This document shows positions 17,266 through 26,016 of a stretch of 44,282 bases of DNA, piece after piece. The position numbers and the translations under genes were made by a program. The notes under the pieces are model-generated. The model did no database searches. It was given only the letters and a program-made list of their open reading frames with translations, and was not told where the DNA came from. Within the stretch, counting starts at the first letter, position 1, and each line of letters opens with the position of its first letter. Location of the stretch: the IMG/VR virus record IMGVR_UViG_3300021256_000025, one strand, 5' to 3'. Source of the DNA: a virus.

Positions 17266-18498
17266 TTATACCTCCTTCTTGTAATGCGGGTTGTATTTTG
17301 CCGCAATCTCACGGCCCAGGGCCGCGTCATCAACAGGTCTGGAATCAGCCGCCCGGCGGGTAGCTTTCTGAATGGCAGCATAACCGGAGTCTCGTACATT
17401 CCCACGGATCATCTGCGCCAGTGCGTCCGCAGCCTTACGGCGCTGTGCCGTCGGGAGAGTCGCCACAAACGGGCGTAGAGCTTTGATGGTTTCCAGAGCA
17501 GCATCGCGTGCACTGCAACCGTCCTCCACAACGTCCTCGGATTCTTCCGCTTCAATCAGGCCGTCAGTAACCGCGCTCTGGGATTCGTTGATTTCTTCCG
17601 GATCTGCCTCCACAGCATCCTCGTCTTCAGCGTCCTCCCGTTCGGTCAATTCTTCCTCCAGGGCATCCAGGGCGTCGCCTTCTTCGTCAACATCCGCCTC
17701 AGTGCCGGCTTCTTCCTCGACTTCTTCCGGAACCGTGTCCTCGGCCGGCGGGTTCAGTTTCGCAGACAGATCTGCGATGGCATCCTCGATGCGTTTAAAC
17801 CGGGCCTCGTTCGGGTCTTCCGGTTCCACCGGCTTTTCATCTTTGCCGTCGCCATTTACCAGCTTCGCGGCTTCCAGCGCTTCTTCCGGGTCGGCGTCCT
17901 TGGCAAACGCCGCCCACATGCGCTGCAGAATATTTCCTTTAGCCATGTGCTTTTTTCTCCTTTCCATAGCGTGATCGTGTATGGCCACACCGTGACCGGC
18001 GCGACCTTTATCCACGACGGCAACGTGGTTCCCGCGAATTTCCCTTTGTTCCAAGGTGTGGTCGCCCGTCGGAACCCATAAGCAGTTATACCCGCAAGAG
18101 ATCTCACGTTTGCCGTCTTGAACCGCGCGAACCAACGCGCCATCGTGAATAACCAAATCAGCAACCAGGCAGCCTTCATACTTGCCTGTGCCTTTCCGGA
18201 CGTCCCGCACAACGCCCCGAGTGTATCGTCCGTAATTTTCGGACGTCACGTCTTCATCCGGGTGGTTTTCCGTTACCGGCTTACCCTCAAAAGACGCCAC
18301 CGCCGCCGGAGAAAAGACTTCCTCTGCCGGACGGTTCACCTTGAAAATTTCATCCGGGCGCTCGGCCTGTCCGATTTCCCGCCCAAGATAGTCCTGCACG
18401 CCAACGCGTGCGATGGGAACGTCCCTGCAAATTAAAAAGCCCTCCGGCGTGCGACTGATGCTGTCGGAGATGCGGCTCCCATAATATGCGGTTTTCAT
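17266..18498 (-). CDS. Scaffolding protein (DUF2213-type) with long Asp/Glu-rich tract
   Basis: N-terminal RTPEGFLICRDVPIARVGVQDYLG pattern; about 60-aa acidic segment EEVEEEAGTEADVDEEGD... Confidence 0.7.
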   Translation of the reverse strand: MKTAYYGSRISDSISRTPEGFLICRDVPIARVGVQDYLGREIGQAERPDEIFKVNRPAEEVFSPAAVASFEGKPVTENHPDEDVTSENYGRYTRGVVRDVRKGTGKYEGCLVADLVIHDGALVRAVQDGKREISCGYNCLWVPTGDHTLEQREIRGNHVAVVDKGRAGHGVAIHDHAMERRKKHMAKGNILQRMWAAFAKDADPEEALEAAKLVNGDGKDEKPVEPEDPNEARFKRIEDAIADLSAKLNPPAEDTVPEEVEEEAGTEADVDEEGDALDALEEELTEREDAEDEDAVEADPEEINESQSAVTDGLIEAEESEDVVEDGCSARDAALETIKALRPFVATLPTAQRRKAADALAQMIRGNVRDSGYAAIQKATRRAADSRPVDDAALGREIAAKYNPHYKKEV

Positions 18499-19343
18499 GC
18501 TGCGGCAGCACCTCCTATCGCTTTAAATTGGGCCAGCGTCATCATTTGGATGCGGCCCTCGTAGTAAACTTTGTGTGGCCAGCGGATATCGGAGAACATG
18601 ATCAGCGGCTCCGGATAACACCGACAATTGAAAATGTCCCCGGCGTGGTAATTCCCGTAGGTCCGGCTTTCACCAGCCAGGGCTTCCGGGCTTGGCGGGT
18701 CGTCCCAGTTTATGAGCACCCCGTCCATGAGCCTGTGAGAGTCTCTGACGCGCGAATCCTCCTCGGACCGCCATACATACCAGTTAATTCCTGCGACGGC
18801 GCTACGGGCACGTGTGAGCGCCGTAGACGCCTTACTGGACTCGGTCCTTGCTATCAACATCGCGTGCGCCCGGGTCATGTGCGGCCATTTTTCCAGGACG
18901 TCCTCCATAATCGCTTCAGGGCGCAGGCCCTCGTTGGCTTCCCGGGCCACCATTTCTGTAACCTGTTTAGCCACCCGCTCCGGCATAGATCTAATGATTT
19001 CTGCATTGTGGTCGACCACATCCCAGAACGCAGTGCCGACGGCCGTCTGTCCCAACTCTGTCTGCAGAGCGTTATATACGACGCGCCCTTTAGCCCCGGA
19101 CCGGGCCGCCTCCCGCCACGTTCGGTGACCATCGGAAAACACGTGCGTCGCAATGGACCGCGCCAATATAGCCGCTGCTTTCTGGTAGGTAGGGCTGCGG
19201 GCGTACCTTCGGATAGCCGCAGCCAATAAAAAAGGACTCCGGATCCGAGATAACTCGGTCCGAAGTCCTTGTATCATTCGCGCCAGCGCCGCGCCGTACC
19301 GGCGCTCAACTGATCGCTTTAATTGCCATTGTGTGAATATCAT
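18495..19343 (-). CDS. Head morphogenesis protein (SPP1 gp7 / Mu F family)
   Basis: C-terminal HAGDIFNCRCYPEPL motif characteristic of Phage_Mu_F. Confidence 0.8.
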   Translation of the reverse strand: MIFTQWQLKRSVERRYGAALARMIQGLRTELSRIRSPFLLAAAIRRYARSPTYQKAAAILARSIATHVFSDGHRTWREAARSGAKGRVVYNALQTELGQTAVGTAFWDVVDHNAEIIRSMPERVAKQVTEMVAREANEGLRPEAIMEDVLEKWPHMTRAHAMLIARTESSKASTALTRARSAVAGINWYVWRSEEDSRVRDSHRLMDGVLINWDDPPSPEALAGESRTYGNYHAGDIFNCRCYPEPLIMFSDIRWPHKVYYEGRIQMMTLAQFKAIGGAAAA

Positions 19344-20503
19344 TTTTTACTTGCGCGATTTTTCGCAGCTTCCCAGAACATCTGACTCTTAATATCACCG
19401 GCGGCCTTTGCCTTCGCAATTTCAGAATCCGCCTTTTTTAAAGTGCGCGCGGCCTGTTCGCTTTCCTTTTTTGCTTTGGCCGCGGCCGTTTTTTTGCTTG
19501 CAGCAGCCGCCTCTTTAAAAATTTTTTCTTTTGCGGCTTTGTTCGCGTCGGCCTTCCCTTTCAGGCTCATAACCTCCGCCTTCAGTTTCGGGTCGCTGTT
19601 AATTTTGCTGACCAGCGCGTTCTTTTTGGAAGTGTTCGCCGGTTTAGCAGGATTCAAAGCACTGTAAGCATCACCGGAAACTTCATTCAAAAGCATATCG
19701 ACATTTTTGTCGTAAGACTCCCGGTCCATCCAGCCTTTATCCTCGGCCTCATCGTATTTACTCAACAGGTTATGCACTGCGCCGCGAAGATCATGCCCGT
19801 CCATCATTTCCATGCGCAGCTGGATAGCTATGGAGGCACGCTCATTATCACCTTTGTCGATGTAGTGCTGCACCAGCCCGTCCATACTTTGTGGTTTTGC
19901 GCCTGCCGGAGCCTTCATTTTTTTCACTGCGTTCTTTACTTCTTGGCTGATCCTCGGATTGTTCAGCAGCTTGTTCTTTGCGGTGTAGAAATCACCACCC
20001 GCAGACTCCATCGCACCAACCATCATGTTGTGTGCTTCGCCTTCCGGATGATTGCTGGCCTTTTCACCGGTCAGTTTTTTGTAGCCCAGCTTATCAGCAC
20101 GCATCTGCCGGATGCCCGGTCTTGCCTTTTCCAGCGTGGATTTGGCAGCAGCCATTTTATTATTCTGCTTCGTCAGTCGGTCGTAGTACTTTTTATCGCG
20201 CTCGTGTCTACCCAAAGTCTCCCGGGCGCTTTCATAGTCGCCCTTTTTGAGAGCGTTTGTCAGGTCACTCAAGTAACCCTCCTGCTTCTCTTTATGCACC
20301 CGATCGTAACGTTCCTGATTTTCAGCAATTGTGCCAGCTTTGATGCGGGTCGATTTTGCCTTTCCACCCTTCTGCAGCTTCGACACCGTCGCACCGCCAC
20401 CAGACGTGAACTGACCGTTGTCGGCCCGTTTGTGTTTGGATTCGTCCCATTCCGCATCGCAGGCGCGGATCCGTTCCAGGTTTATCTGCGTTTTATCTGC
20501 CAT
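19340..20503 (-). CDS. Lys/Ala/Glu-rich head-module protein, candidate internal/ejection protein
   Basis: 387 aa between the portal block and MuF; N-terminal MADKTQINLERIRACD and WDESKHKRADNGQFT motifs are shared with other proteins in this genome. Confidence 0.6.
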   Translation of the reverse strand: MADKTQINLERIRACDAEWDESKHKRADNGQFTSGGGATVSKLQKGGKAKSTRIKAGTIAENQERYDRVHKEKQEGYLSDLTNALKKGDYESARETLGRHERDKKYYDRLTKQNNKMAAAKSTLEKARPGIRQMRADKLGYKKLTGEKASNHPEGEAHNMMVGAMESAGGDFYTAKNKLLNNPRISQEVKNAVKKMKAPAGAKPQSMDGLVQHYIDKGDNERASIAIQLRMEMMDGHDLRGAVHNLLSKYDEAEDKGWMDRESYDKNVDMLLNEVSGDAYSALNPAKPANTSKKNALVSKINSDPKLKAEVMSLKGKADANKAAKEKIFKEAAAASKKTAAAKAKKESEQAARTLKKADSEIAKAKAAGDIKSQMFWEAAKNRASKK

Positions 20504-20534
20504 GACGCGTACCTCCTACGTTTTCGTTGTGGTC

Positions 20535-20563
20535 ATGTTAGCTCTGACTTTTTGAAAAGTCAA
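20535..20563 (-). promoter_or_regulatory. Promoter of the repeated cassette family (copy 1): TTGACT-17-TAACAT
   Basis: Minus strand gcTTGACTTTTCAAaaagtcAGAGcTAACAT, preceded by an AT-rich tract, upstream of 19340..20503. Confidence 0.65.
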
Positions 20564-20586
20564 GCATTATTTTTTAATTTAGGGTA

Positions 20587-20616
20587 TAAAAAAACCGCTG
20601 GCGTTTAACCAGCGGT
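20587..20616 (-). terminator. Intrinsic terminator after the CPCC gene
   Basis: Minus strand ACCGCTGG-ttaaacg-CCAGCGGT followed by TTTTTTT. Confidence 0.8.
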
Positions 20617-20623
20617 AAAGAGT

Positions 20624-20827
20624 TTATTTGTTTTTTTCGGCCCAGCGTTTTTTATACTCGTTCAGAGATAGCTTGTTCGCACAACCATCCCAGTCAGGAT
20701 CATCTTCCTGAACAGGGTCGTCCATCCAATCGCAAACCGGGCAAACCCTGAAAGTGTTCCCGTTCGGGAATTCATATTTCCCGCAGACCGGGCACATATG
20801 CGGCAAACTTAAATCTCTACGGCTCAT
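20624..20827 (-). CDS. Cysteine-rich CPCC-family small protein
   Basis: MCPVCGKYEF...RVCPVCDWMDDP...DGCANKLSLNEYKKRW resembles the Cys_rich_CPCC family; abuts the portal stop. Confidence 0.65.
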   Translation of the reverse strand: MSRRDLSLPHMCPVCGKYEFPNGNTFRVCPVCDWMDDPVQEDDPDWDGCANKLSLNEYKKRWAEKNK

Positions 20828-22849
20828 TTAAATGCCCTCCAAATCTTTCCAACGTTCATAGTACTTTGCTCCATCTTTGGGCTTAAACATTGTATAAATT
20901 CCGTTTTCGTCAGCCTTCACAAAATCGTTTGTTTTAGGATCATACCGAGCCCACTGCCCCGTTCTGGTAGCATAACCTCGTATGCCACCAGGTGTACAAG
21001 GCGACTCTGCCAGCTTAACAGCCCGATCCTCATACTGATTTACCGTCCACCCGGGGTACTCATTGCCATGATAATGGACACTGTTTTTATCAACAAAATG
21101 ATTGTTAAGGTCGTCTGCCGTAGCGAACCCCTTAACCTTCATGACGTTTACACCCGTCGCTGATACCTTACCACTCTTGACCGCGTATTGCAAGTCGTTT
21201 TTTACAGTTTGTGTGTGGGTTCGGTTTTTATTTGCCGGTAAAGAGGATCGTGCACCATGAACCTTTGAAAATTGCCCGTTGGCGTTATTGCGCGGGTGCT
21301 TTCCTGGGTCAAAAGATGCGTCCAGCACGTAAAACCCGCTGTCGCGCCCAGATTCGCCCGCTGTCGCATTTTCGTCCCCGGCCTGACCGTTTCCTTGCCC
21401 CGGCTCATTCCCGGGCCGCTGTGGCGGTTTTGGAGCGTCGCCCCCAAAATCCATACCCGGCGGCATCATTTCACCCGGGTCCTCGATCTCATCCGGCGCT
21501 TTTTCAATATCCTCATCCGTAATGTTCGTCCAGACGCCGGTCCGTTCTGACTGCTGCTTCAATTCCTGCAGGCCCGTGCGCTTGGAAATCATGCCGGCAT
21601 TAAGAGCCGCCACCACATTGTCCGTGCCGGTCTTGGCCAGCTCCATGCGCTCCTTGTCGGACGGTTCCGATACCGGGTTAAAGTCAAAGTCAAGGTCGTC
21701 CGGTACCGCACCAAACATCGACACCATGAACGGCGGCAGCAGCTTATTCAGAATCGGCCGCAGGATGCTCTCCTGTTTTTCCCCGATCATGTCGTAATAA
21801 TTCTGCAGGTCGGACTCGCCGGTGGCGTTTAGCCCCGACGGCGACCGCCCGAAAAGTTTAGTAACCGGAATCTCGGCCGCGCCACTGATGTCCATAATGA
21901 ACTGCTGGTAGCAGTCTGCCAGGCCCCCGAACGTATACTGATGCGTTTCCAGACCGTCCGCAGCGTCCATGATCTGAATGCCCATGTTGCTCATCAGCCA
22001 ATTCTGGGCCGTCAGGGTCCGGTACAGCTCCGCCTGGCTCTGCGGATCCGTGGCCGCCAGCGTCTGCCCTATGTCGTTCATCTTCAGCACCCGCAGGTTT
22101 GCCATAAAGGTCAGCTGCGCGATGTTCCATGACACATTGTCGCGCTTCTTCAGCTCATCGAATACCGATTCAATGACAGAAGCGCCCCAGTACAGCTCCG
22201 CCTGCTTCTCCCAGAACGGCAACGTATTCCCGATGAACCGAATGCACCGGGTATGGTGCACCCGGGTCATGGTTCCGTCCACCGGGTCGGTTACGATGTA
22301 CGCGTCAGGAAGCCCATACTCTGGATCTGAAATGTCGTCCACCAGCTCGCTGGACGGACTAACACCGTTCCAGCGGTCCAGAATCATAAGCCCTTTAAAG
22401 TCACCCGGAACCATCTCCTCCAGCGCCAGCGGCATAGCCAACTGCTCCGGGCTGCCCTGGCCTTTGATCAGCATGATGCCAATGGCCCCGCCATACAGAC
22501 GGCCCCAGCACAAGCCCTCCTGGATCTTTTTGATGAGCTGTGTGCGTCGTAGCTCTACGTCTATTTTTTTGATGAGGTCCGGAGCCAGACCCGACGTGAT
22601 AGTAATCCAGTTTTTCAACATGTCGGCCGGAATGATGTCCACGATGCGCCGCACGATCCAGGAATCCCGGTACATGGCATTCAACGTACCAAAGTCGTTT
22701 GTCATACGGCTCATAACATACTGCGTGCTGTCTAACAGATTCGGCGTTCCGGCACCCAGACGCGCTAAAGGATTGCTGAATCCATCAAGCGCCGTCCCGC
22801 GCCGCACAACCAGCGCCTGTGCGCTTTTCTTTTTTTTACGCATTTGCAA
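20828..22849 (-). CDS. Portal protein (DUF1073-type) with G/P/Q-rich linker and about 130-aa C-terminal extra domain
   Basis: 673 aa; portal core to about aa 450, linker aa 455-505, KHPRNNANGQFS motif aa 516-527, distinct C-terminal domain ending IYTMFKPKDGAKYYERW. Confidence 0.75.
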   Translation of the reverse strand: MQMRKKKKSAQALVVRRGTALDGFSNPLARLGAGTPNLLDSTQYVMSRMTNDFGTLNAMYRDSWIVRRIVDIIPADMLKNWITITSGLAPDLIKKIDVELRRTQLIKKIQEGLCWGRLYGGAIGIMLIKGQGSPEQLAMPLALEEMVPGDFKGLMILDRWNGVSPSSELVDDISDPEYGLPDAYIVTDPVDGTMTRVHHTRCIRFIGNTLPFWEKQAELYWGASVIESVFDELKKRDNVSWNIAQLTFMANLRVLKMNDIGQTLAATDPQSQAELYRTLTAQNWLMSNMGIQIMDAADGLETHQYTFGGLADCYQQFIMDISGAAEIPVTKLFGRSPSGLNATGESDLQNYYDMIGEKQESILRPILNKLLPPFMVSMFGAVPDDLDFDFNPVSEPSDKERMELAKTGTDNVVAALNAGMISKRTGLQELKQQSERTGVWTNITDEDIEKAPDEIEDPGEMMPPGMDFGGDAPKPPQRPGNEPGQGNGQAGDENATAGESGRDSGFYVLDASFDPGKHPRNNANGQFSKVHGARSSLPANKNRTHTQTVKNDLQYAVKSGKVSATGVNVMKVKGFATADDLNNHFVDKNSVHYHGNEYPGWTVNQYEDRAVKLAESPCTPGGIRGYATRTGQWARYDPKTNDFVKADENGIYTMFKPKDGAKYYERWKDLEGI

Positions 22850-24167
22850 TCCTCCTCGCTTTAATCACGGTGGAAACAAAATAACGCAGGGCGTCACACG
22901 AATGGTCGTTGACCTTTAACGGCCGCTCTTTCCCGCCCTGCTCTATCGCCTTATTATCCCAGGCATAGGACTGATGCTCTTTTATCGTGTTTACGCAGCG
23001 CCGGTGAAAATGGATCCTGCGCCGCGTCAGCAACGTGTTCACGTTGCGAATTCCCTCGATAACGCTGTTGTCCGCGTTTATGGTTTCAACCGTCTCCTTC
23101 ATCCGCAAGCCCCGGTTCCGGAGCTCAATCTTAAAAGACGCCGCCGACGGGTCAATGATGGTCCCCGTAGGCCAGACGTCCACCGGGCACTTGTGAATGA
23201 ACCCCAGCAGATCGTCCGCATATTGGCTGTTGTCTTTTTCGTGGTTCCCGTCGGCCCGGCTGTCCCAGTAATACTCATCCACCACCCAGATGTCCTGCCC
23301 ATCATCCCAGATGTCCAGGTACACCATCGGGTTCACTGTGCCGTAGTCAATGGCCAGGAACCGACGCATGATGTGTGCATTTTTGTATATCCAGTCCAGC
23401 TTCTCATCCCCGAAAAGCAGGTCGTCAGACCAGGCGTCCCGGTAGATCGCGCCCTGGGCCATAACCCAGAGCCCCTGAATGAACCGCTGATAGAACACGC
23501 CAGTGTAGGTCGTTCGGTAACGTTCCCGGACCTCTTCAGTCAGCGACGGATTGTCATCCATCAGGAAGTGTATAAAAAGCAGTTTTTTCTGATCTGCTTT
23601 TTCAATCCAGTTTTTCAGGAACCAGTGCATCGGGCTGTCCGGGTTACAGTTAAACCACATTTTAGCTCCCGGAACGGAGCACCGGCCTGTGGCCTGGTTC
23701 ACAAAAGACTCCGGCATCAAGGCGGCCTCATCGCAGTAGAGCCCCGCCAGCGTAATGCCCTGAATCAAGTCCTGCGACGATTCATCCCGACCACCGAACA
23801 CGTAAAAATAATTGGTTTTGTCGTCCTTGGATATTACGATCAGGTTCTCTGTGCGCGACTCCTCGATGGTGAACCGCCGGATCATCAGTACCGGTTTTAA
23901 CCAGCTCCATACGTTACGCCGGAACGAACCTACGGTCTTTCCGCACATGGCAAAATTCTGGCCGTCGTAGGTGTCCATGGCCCATAGCACAAAACTGATG
24001 GCCATGGCTACCGTCTTCCCGGCACGAATAGATCCGTCAGCAATGATGCCGTTATGCTTTCGATACGGCGACTTCTCCGTCCACCACGTCAGCAGCTGCA
24101 TTTGCTTCAGGCTGAACCGGCTGAACTTTACGACCGGTTTTATTTGCAGTTTTCTTTTTACGGCCAT
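22836..24167 (-). CDS. terL: Terminase large subunit
   Basis: Walker A DGSIRAGKT; PBSX-type terminase layout; start at MAVKRK (RBS GGGGTGAG), alternative ATG at 24185. Confidence 0.85.
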   Translation of the reverse strand: MAVKRKLQIKPVVKFSRFSLKQMQLLTWWTEKSPYRKHNGIIADGSIRAGKTVAMAISFVLWAMDTYDGQNFAMCGKTVGSFRRNVWSWLKPVLMIRRFTIEESRTENLIVISKDDKTNYFYVFGGRDESSQDLIQGITLAGLYCDEAALMPESFVNQATGRCSVPGAKMWFNCNPDSPMHWFLKNWIEKADQKKLLFIHFLMDDNPSLTEEVRERYRTTYTGVFYQRFIQGLWVMAQGAIYRDAWSDDLLFGDEKLDWIYKNAHIMRRFLAIDYGTVNPMVYLDIWDDGQDIWVVDEYYWDSRADGNHEKDNSQYADDLLGFIHKCPVDVWPTGTIIDPSAASFKIELRNRGLRMKETVETINADNSVIEGIRNVNTLLTRRRIHFHRRCVNTIKEHQSYAWDNKAIEQGGKERPLKVNDHSCDALRYFVSTVIKARRIANA

Positions 24168-24615
24168 GCCGCTCACCCCACACATCGACGGCGCTGGCCT
24201 TGATAGCCTCGGTAAACCCGTCGTCCTCGTATTCCGTCAGCTGGCCGGCCGTTTTATCCGGCAACACCGTCTGCCCGATCGTGTCCCTGATATATTCCGC
24301 AGCCCGCACGTTCCCCTTGATGGCAGACGCGATCATCGCCACCAGAACCTTGTCCTGGGCAGTCATATTTGTGGCACTGTTTAGCGCCTCCACGAACGAC
24401 GTAACCTCGTGGATAGGTGCATCGCTTTCTTTGAACCATGGCAGCTGTAGCAGGTACTCAAGCCCCTCTCGCATCGTTCGCCGTTCGCGCTTTGATTTGC
24501 CAGAAGCCCTGCCTCCTTTGCGGCCCTTTTCCGCGGCGTTCGCTTTGGTTATCCGCGTAGCCTTCCCGTTGGCCAGGTTCTTCTTGGCGGCCTCGATCTG
24601 CGCCGGACTACGCAA
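24052..24615 (-). CDS. terS: Terminase small subunit
   Basis: 187 aa, basic N-terminus, ...EYEDDGFTEAIKASAVDVW pattern near the terL start; upstream of terL. Confidence 0.65.
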   Translation of the reverse strand: MRSPAQIEAAKKNLANGKATRITKANAAEKGRKGGRASGKSKRERRTMREGLEYLLQLPWFKESDAPIHEVTSFVEALNSATNMTAQDKVLVAMIASAIKGNVRAAEYIRDTIGQTVLPDKTAGQLTEYEDDGFTEAIKASAVDVWGERHGRKKKTANKTGRKVQPVQPEANAAADVVDGEVAVSKA

Positions 24616-25909
24616 TGACCTCTGCCTTGCCGCCGGTCAGCTGCTCCCAGCGTTCCACAATTACGTCGCAGTACACCGGGTCAAGCTCCATCATGTAGCA
24701 GGCCCTGTGTAGCTGCTCACAGGCAATCAGCGTCGACCCGGAGCTTCCAAATAGATCCAGCACCGTGTCGTCCCGCTGGCTGCTGTTTTTTATGCATTTA
24801 GCGCAGAGCGCTATCGGCTTCATGGTCGGGTGCTCGCCGTTCCGTTTCGGCTTATCAACGTAGATCAGCGTGCTGGCGTCCTCGGTGTTCACAACCTCCG
24901 CAGCCGGAACCCGCAGCACCAGGTTCTTGTTTCCCGACGCAAAATTGATCAGCATGGACCCGTCCGCATCCTGGCTCATAACTACCGGGAAGTTTTCGCT
25001 GATGGTCGTGCCCTGTTTCCGGCCCCCGAACCAGCGATGCTTCCCGCCGGCCTTCCAGCCATACAGAATCGGTTCATGTTGCCACTGAAAATCCTGTCGG
25101 CCCAGAGTAAAAGTGTTCTTGGCCCAGATCAGGCATTGCTTCAGCAGCAACCCAGAATCAACAAACGCCTGCCGGAACGTTAGCGACTCACTGTCCGCAT
25201 GGCAGATGTACACCGTAGCCCCGGGCTCCAGGACCTCCTCGGCCCGCTGGTAAAAAGAAAGCAGGAAGTCATAAAACTGACTCCCTGCCATTTTGTCGTT
25301 TTTGATTTTTAGGTGTTCTTTTGTACCGCCGGTGTAGTCGATGTTGTACGGCGGATCTGTGAACATCATGCTCATGGGCACCCCGCTGGTGAGCTTTGCC
25401 ACATCCGCAGCGTCGGTAGACGACCCGCACATCAACCGGTGTGCACCCAGCTGGTAAATCATGCCGGGCTTTGTTTTCGGTGTTTTGATTTTCTCCACCG
25501 CAGCCCCGAAGTCGAACCCGTCCTCCTCCGGTTCCGGATCTGGCAACTCGAACCCGAACGCCCGCATGTCAATGTCAGCGATTTGCAGCAGCTCCCCGTT
25601 CAGCAGCGACTCATCCCAGGACGCCAGCTCGGCCGTTTTGTTGTCGGCCAGCCTGTAGGCCCGTATTTCCTCTTCTGTGAGGTCGTCTGCCCGGACGCAA
25701 GGTACCTGCCGCATGCGTAACCGCTTCGCCGCCTTGAGCCGCGTGTGGCCGCATACGACCACATTGTCTTTGTCAATCACAATAGGCTGCCGGAACCCGA
25801 ACCGCTTGATCGACTCTGCAACCGGCTTCACAGCCGGGTCGTTTTTGCGCGGATTATGCTCATACGGCACCAGCTCCGACGGCTTCAGATACTCAATGTT
25901 CATGCTCAT
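24608..25909 (-). CDS. ParB-like nuclease domain fused to N6-adenine/N4-cytosine DNA methyltransferase
   Basis: ParBc pattern (PYEHNPRKND...CGHTRLKAAKRL), DPPY motif (MFTDPPYNIDY), FGSSGST AdoMet motif; start at MSMNIEY with RBS GGGAGG. Confidence 0.85.
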   Translation of the reverse strand: MSMNIEYLKPSELVPYEHNPRKNDPAVKPVAESIKRFGFRQPIVIDKDNVVVCGHTRLKAAKRLRMRQVPCVRADDLTEEEIRAYRLADNKTAELASWDESLLNGELLQIADIDMRAFGFELPDPEPEEDGFDFGAAVEKIKTPKTKPGMIYQLGAHRLMCGSSTDAADVAKLTSGVPMSMMFTDPPYNIDYTGGTKEHLKIKNDKMAGSQFYDFLLSFYQRAEEVLEPGATVYICHADSESLTFRQAFVDSGLLLKQCLIWAKNTFTLGRQDFQWQHEPILYGWKAGGKHRWFGGRKQGTTISENFPVVMSQDADGSMLINFASGNKNLVLRVPAAEVVNTEDASTLIYVDKPKRNGEHPTMKPIALCAKCIKNSSQRDDTVLDLFGSSGSTLIACEQLHRACYMMELDPVYCDVIVERWEQLTGGKAEVIA

Positions 25910-25926
25910 AACAGCCTCCCAGCCAA

Positions 25927-25960
25927 TAAAAAAAGCGGGCAGGTTTTTCACCTGTCCGCT
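25927..25960 (-). terminator. Intrinsic terminator 24 nt upstream of the methyltransferase ATG
   Basis: Minus strand AGCGGACAGG-tgaaaaa-CCTGCCCGCT (9/10 bp) followed by TTTTTTTA. Confidence 0.75.
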
Positions 25961-25984
25961 TCAGACACTTTTTGCATTATAGTC

Positions 25985-26013
25985 ATTATATCACACAATG
26001 AATTTTGAGTAAA
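25985..26013 (-). promoter_or_regulatory. Extended -10 promoter TTTACT-17-TGaTATAAT (second TATAAT at 25976..25981) firing into the 25927..25960 terminator
   Basis: Minus strand TTTACTcaaaattcattgTGtgaTATAATgacTATAATg read directly. Confidence 0.55.
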
Positions 26014-26016
26014 CCC

